From an uncultured bacterium (GTDB lineage Bacteria > CAIJMQ01), in NCBI GenBank assembly GCA_964573245.1, contig CAZNJA010000045.1, positions 1 through 11,268 of the forward strand: 11,268 nucleotides of DNA, written 5' to 3'. Below the pieces are notes generated by a model. The model worked only from the letters and a program-made list of their open reading frames with translations, searched no databases and was not told the origin of the DNA. The first letter of the stretch is position 1, and each line of letters begins with the position of its first letter. Below are positions 8,204 to 11,268 of this stretch, piece by piece. The position numbers and the translations under genes are program-made.

Positions 8204-9223
8204 ATGAAGAAAAAAAAATTATGTGCAAATAAAAAACTCATAAAAGATATTTCCAGAAAAGTTCTATTAAAACTTTACATAGCAATGGTTAGAATTAGGT
8301 TTTGTGAAGAGAGCTTTGTCCAACCAATCCTTCGGAAAGAAATAATAGGGCCTGTCCACTTATATTCAGGAGAAGAAGCAATTGCAGCCGGTATATGCGC
8401 AAACTTAGAAGAAAAAGATTATATTTTCGGCACACATCGTTCTCACGGCCATTTTCTTGCAAAGGGCGGCTTAATGAACGAACTTGTTGCTGAGGTGTAT
8501 TGTAAAGAAACCGGCTGCGCAAAAGGAAGAGGTGGGTCAATGCATGTAACTTGTCCAGAAAAAGGAATGATTGGAGCAGCTCCTATTGTTGCAGGAACTA
8601 TTTCTTTGGCTTTAGGAGCTGCGCTTGCAACAAAAATACGCAAGGATAACCGCGTAGTGGTAAGCTTTTTTGGGGATGGGGCCACAGGTGAAGGCGTATT
8701 ATATGAATCGCTTAATTTTGCCGCTTTAAAGAAACTACCTATAATATTCGCTTGTGAAAATAACTTTTATTCAACACACCTTTCTCTTAAAGAATGCAGA
8801 TACGAAAAAAACATTTCCAAAATAGGTTATTCATTCGGTGTGCCAAGTTATAAGGTAGACGGCAATAATGTCTTAGCAGTTTATAAAATTGCAAAATCAG
8901 CTGTTTCAGCATGCAGAAAAAATAAAGGTCCCGTATTTATAGAATTTTCCACATATAGATTGCGCGGGCATGTTGGGCCGGATGATAATATACAGGGATG
9001 TCATAGGGATATTAGACCCGCCACAGAAATTACGGATTGGAAGAAAAGAGACCCTATAATACGAATGGAAGCATTTCTATTGGATAATAATATATGCACA
9101 ACAGAAGATATAGACTCAATCAAATCAAACGCCAATAAAGAAGTCCAAAATGCACATGAAATTGCAAAAAAGGCGCCCAATCCCCAACCAAAAGAGTTAA
9201 GCAGATATGTCTTTAAAAAATAG
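8204..9223 (+). CDS. ThDP-dependent 2-oxoacid dehydrogenase E1 alpha-like subunit (PdhA/AcoA family)
   Basis: 339 aa ORF with HLYSGEEA, THRSHGH, GRGGSMH, ThDP/Mg motif GDGATGEG...ENN and TYRLRGH. Confidence 0.93.
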   Translation: MKKKKLCANKKLIKDISRKVLLKLYIAMVRIRFCEESFVQPILRKEIIGPVHLYSGEEAIAAGICANLEEKDYIFGTHRSHGHFLAKGGLMNELVAEVYCKETGCAKGRGGSMHVTCPEKGMIGAAPIVAGTISLALGAALATKIRKDNRVVVSFFGDGATGEGVLYESLNFAALKKLPIIFACENNFYSTHLSLKECRYEKNISKIGYSFGVPSYKVDGNNVLAVYKIAKSAVSACRKNKGPVFIEFSTYRLRGHVGPDDNIQGCHRDIRPATEITDWKKRDPIIRMEAFLLDNNICTTEDIDSIKSNANKEVQNAHEIAKKAPNPQPKELSRYVFKK

Positions 9224-10220
9224 AAAATTAAAGTACAGTGAAGCTTTTAATGAAGCTCTTCACGAGATTATGTCTCGGGACAAATCCGTTTTTATAATTG
9301 GTCAGGGCGTAAAGAGCCCTTGGTATGTCGGCGATACGGTTCGTGGTTTAATCAAAAAATTCGGTGTTGAAAGAGTTATTGATACCCCGGTATCCGAAAA
9401 TGCTGTCACGGGTGCAGCAGTAGGAGCCGCTATAGTCGGTATGAAGCCGGTTGTCGTTCATCCAAGAATGGATTTTATGATGTATGCAATGGACCCAATA
9501 ATTAATGAAGCAGCTAATTGGCATTACATGAGTGCCGGCAGATCATCAGTACCGCTTGTGATTTGGGCGATTATAAACCGCGGAGGAGAACAGGCAGCTC
9601 AACATTCACAGGCCATGCATGCTCTATTTGCACATATTCCAGGACTAAAAGTTGTCATGCCCGCTACTCCATATGACGCAAAGGGCCTACTTATTGCGAG
9701 TATCAAGGATAACAATCCTGTTATATTCATCGACGATAGATGGCTATATAACATGAAAGGTAATGTTCCAAAAGGAATGTATTCGGTCCCTATAGGAAAA
9801 GGCCAAATTAAGAAAAAAGGAAAAGATGTTACACTGGTAAGCATTTCCTATATGGTACATGAATCTATTAAAGCGGCTGAAAAATTAAAGGAAGAAGGAA
9901 TAGACGTGGAAGTAATAGATTTGCGAACATTAAAACCATTAGACAAAAAACTTTTATTTGAATCGGTAAAAAAAACAGGCAGATTGGTTATTGCAGATTC
10001 CGGATGGAAAAGTTTCGGAGCCGCCTCAGAAATTTCCGCTTTAGTATCCGAAACCCTTTTTAAATATCTTAAACGCCCTCCCAAGAGAATAGCCCTACCC
10101 GATACACCTGCTCCCGCAAGTTCTATATTGGAAAAACCGTTCTACCCGAAAGAAAGCAATATTGTATGCACAATAAAAAACTTATTCAAAAAAAGACCAC
10201 AGATGCCGGATGAACGATAA
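9207..10220 (+). CDS. ThDP-dependent E1 beta-like subunit (PdhB/AcoB family; transketolase pyrimidine-binding and C-terminal domains)
   Basis: 337 aa ORF with RVIDTPVSE (cofactor-activating Glu), AAQHSQ (His), HIPGLKVVMPATPYDAKGLL and EVIDLRTLKPLD. It overlaps the alpha gene by 17 nt. Confidence 0.93.
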   Translation: MSLKNRKLKYSEAFNEALHEIMSRDKSVFIIGQGVKSPWYVGDTVRGLIKKFGVERVIDTPVSENAVTGAAVGAAIVGMKPVVVHPRMDFMMYAMDPIINEAANWHYMSAGRSSVPLVIWAIINRGGEQAAQHSQAMHALFAHIPGLKVVMPATPYDAKGLLIASIKDNNPVIFIDDRWLYNMKGNVPKGMYSVPIGKGQIKKKGKDVTLVSISYMVHESIKAAEKLKEEGIDVEVIDLRTLKPLDKKLLFESVKKTGRLVIADSGWKSFGAASEISALVSETLFKYLKRPPKRIALPDTPAPASSILEKPFYPKESNIVCTIKNLFKKRPQMPDER

Positions 10221-10262
10221 AATGCCATTTATAGATGAATTTAAATATTAAAGTTTATATGC

Positions 10263-10279
10263 GATTTTATGATAAAATC
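10263..10279. promoter_or_regulatory. Perfect 8-1-8 inverted repeat overlapping a candidate extended -10 promoter element
   Basis: GATTTTAT-G-ATAAAATC at 10263-10279. It contains TG-A-TAAAAT (10270-10278), matching TGnTATAAT with one mismatch. It lies in the 96 bp intergenic gap before the dehydratase gene. The palindrome is seen directly; its function is inferred. Confidence 0.45.
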
Positions 10280-10302
10280 CGAACAATACCTAAAATGAAC
10301 GT

Positions 10303-10307
10303 GAGGA
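10303..10307 (+). promoter_or_regulatory. Shine-Dalgarno sequence of the dehydratase gene
   Basis: GAGGA lies 9 nt upstream of the ATG at 10317. Confidence 0.65.
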
Positions 10308-10316
10308 TAGTTAACA

Positions 10317-11268
10317 ATGAATATTTCAAGTAGAAAAAGAGTAATCTTATTTATTTTAGCCGATATTTTATTAATAACTTTCTCCATCTGGTTAGCTTTC
10401 TTTTTAAGATTTGAAGGAAATATCCCGCCAAAACAATTGCTCTTGATGAGAAATTTTATTGTTTTTGCCAATCTTTTAATCATACCTACTTTTTATCATT
10501 TTCGTCTTTACCATTTTAGTTGGAATTTGATTAGTATTTTCACACTTTTGAGTCTTATTAAGGCTCTTGCAACTGACTTTATTCTTATCGGAACTATTTT
10601 ATTTTTCTTCAGAGAGAAGTTTTTTGTTGGATTCCCAAGGTCAGTATTCTTGATTTCCGCATTTTTGATTTTTTTAACCTGTGGCGGAATCCGCTTTGCA
10701 AAAAGAGTAATAAAAGAATTTTCCCCAAAACAATCTTCCGGCAGCAAAATTTTAATTGTAGGAGCAGGTAAAGCAGGGGGGCAACTACTAAGAAACATTT
10801 TGGGTGAGGCAAAAGACTCTTATAATCTAATTGGTCTTATAGATGATGATCCAAACAAACAAGGGATTTTTATCCATAATATTAGAGTTTGCGGTACTAT
10901 ACAAGATATACCTAAAATAGTAAAAAAATTTAATGTTGATAGAGTAATAATAGCCATACCTTCTGCTTCAGGAGATAAAATATCACGGATTTATAAATTT
11001 TGCCATCAAGTAAAGGTTCCCGTTTCCATAGTCCCACGTGTAAGTGAACTATTAGACAAAAGTATTTCCATAAACCAGATACGCAAGATACAGCCGGAGG
11101 ATATACTCGGGAGAGAAACAATAAAATTGAATACCGCAGAAATAAAACAATATCTTGACAATAAAACCATATTAATTACAGGTGCAGCGGGTTCAATTGG
11201 TTCGGAATTATCCCGACAAATAGCAGAATATAATACAAGAGCGCTTATTTTGATAGATAAAGAGGAAA
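10317..11268 (+). CDS. Membrane-anchored nucleotide-sugar 4,6-dehydratase, CapD/PglF/WbpM family, 3'-truncated by the window edge
   Basis: Absent from the ORF track because no stop lies in the window. Manual translation from ATG 10317 (in-frame TAG at 10308-10310 upstream) is open to the end. It reads MNISSRKRVILFILADILLITFSIWLAFFLRF, about four hydrophobic segments including FPRSVFLI, ILIVGAGKAG, IGLIDDDPNKQG, IIAIPSA, EDILGRE and the Rossmann motif ILITGAAGSIGSELSRQI. Confidence 0.93.
   Translation, partial: MNISSRKRVILFILADILLITFSIWLAFFLRFEGNIPPKQLLLMRNFIVFANLLIIPTFYHFRLYHFSWNLISIFTLLSLIKALATDFILIGTILFFFREKFFVGFPRSVFLISAFLIFLTCGGIRFAKRVIKEFSPKQSSGSKILIVGAGKAGGQLLRNILGEAKDSYNLIGLIDDDPNKQGIFIHNIRVCGTIQDIPKIVKKFNVDRVIIAIPSASGDKISRIYKFCHQVKVPVSIVPRVSELLDKSISINQIRKIQPEDILGRETIKLNTAEIKQYLDNKTILITGAAGSIGSELSRQIAEYNTRALILIDKEE

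Noticed and set aside
1831-10084. Remaining short nested ORFs on either strand (for example 4120..4329, 5988..6236, 6564..6797, 5037..5363, 8443..8685, 9599..9844)
   Set aside because: All overlap longer genes with clear family motifs, and none has recognisable protein features.
8204-10220. Naming the pair pdhA/pdhB or acoA/acoB
   Set aside because: There is no adjacent E2/E3, the motifs diverge and the context is a glycan locus. Family membership is clear but the specific function is not, so no gene symbol is given.
10241-11121. Four short minus-strand ORFs (10241..10483, 10508..10798, 10609..10812, 10930..11121)
   Set aside because: They are antisense to the CapD/PglF-like gene starting at 10317, which explains this region. 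They carry no motifs of their own.
1-11268. CRISPR array, IS element, tRNA/rRNA, JUMPStart/ops element
   Set aside because: The window is almost entirely coding with gaps under 100 bp. By eye I saw no spaced direct repeats, transposase motifs, RNA gene signatures or intergenic GGCGGTAG.

Overview
AT-rich bacterial window from the interior of a surface-polysaccharide (O-antigen, capsule or glycoprotein glycan) biosynthesis locus. Twelve genes lie head-to-tail on the + strand, several overlapping: a 5'-truncated hexapeptide-repeat acyltransferase, a SAM methyltransferase, two GT4-type glycosyltransferases, an N-acetyl-sugar amidotransferase (WbpG/WbuX/PseA family), a WbuB-like GT4, a second SAM methyltransferase, a small phosphoglycosyl transferase (PglC-like), an aldo/keto reductase, a thiamine-diphosphate (ThDP) E1 alpha/beta pair with no E2/E3 beside it, and a 3'-truncated CapD/PglF-type UDP-HexNAc 4,6-dehydratase that the ORF track misses. 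The most interesting element is the PGT-AKR-E1alpha-E1beta-dehydratase block. By inference it could make a C4-branched 6-deoxy-HexNAc nucleotide, possibly the initiating sugar. Smaller signals are an in-frame G8 tract in the WbuB-like gene, a perfect 8-1-8 palindrome overlapping an extended -10 element upstream of the dehydratase, and a GAGAGA motif at identical spacing before three consecutive start codons. No RNA genes, mobile elements or CRISPR arrays were seen. All product calls come from motif recognition, not database searches.
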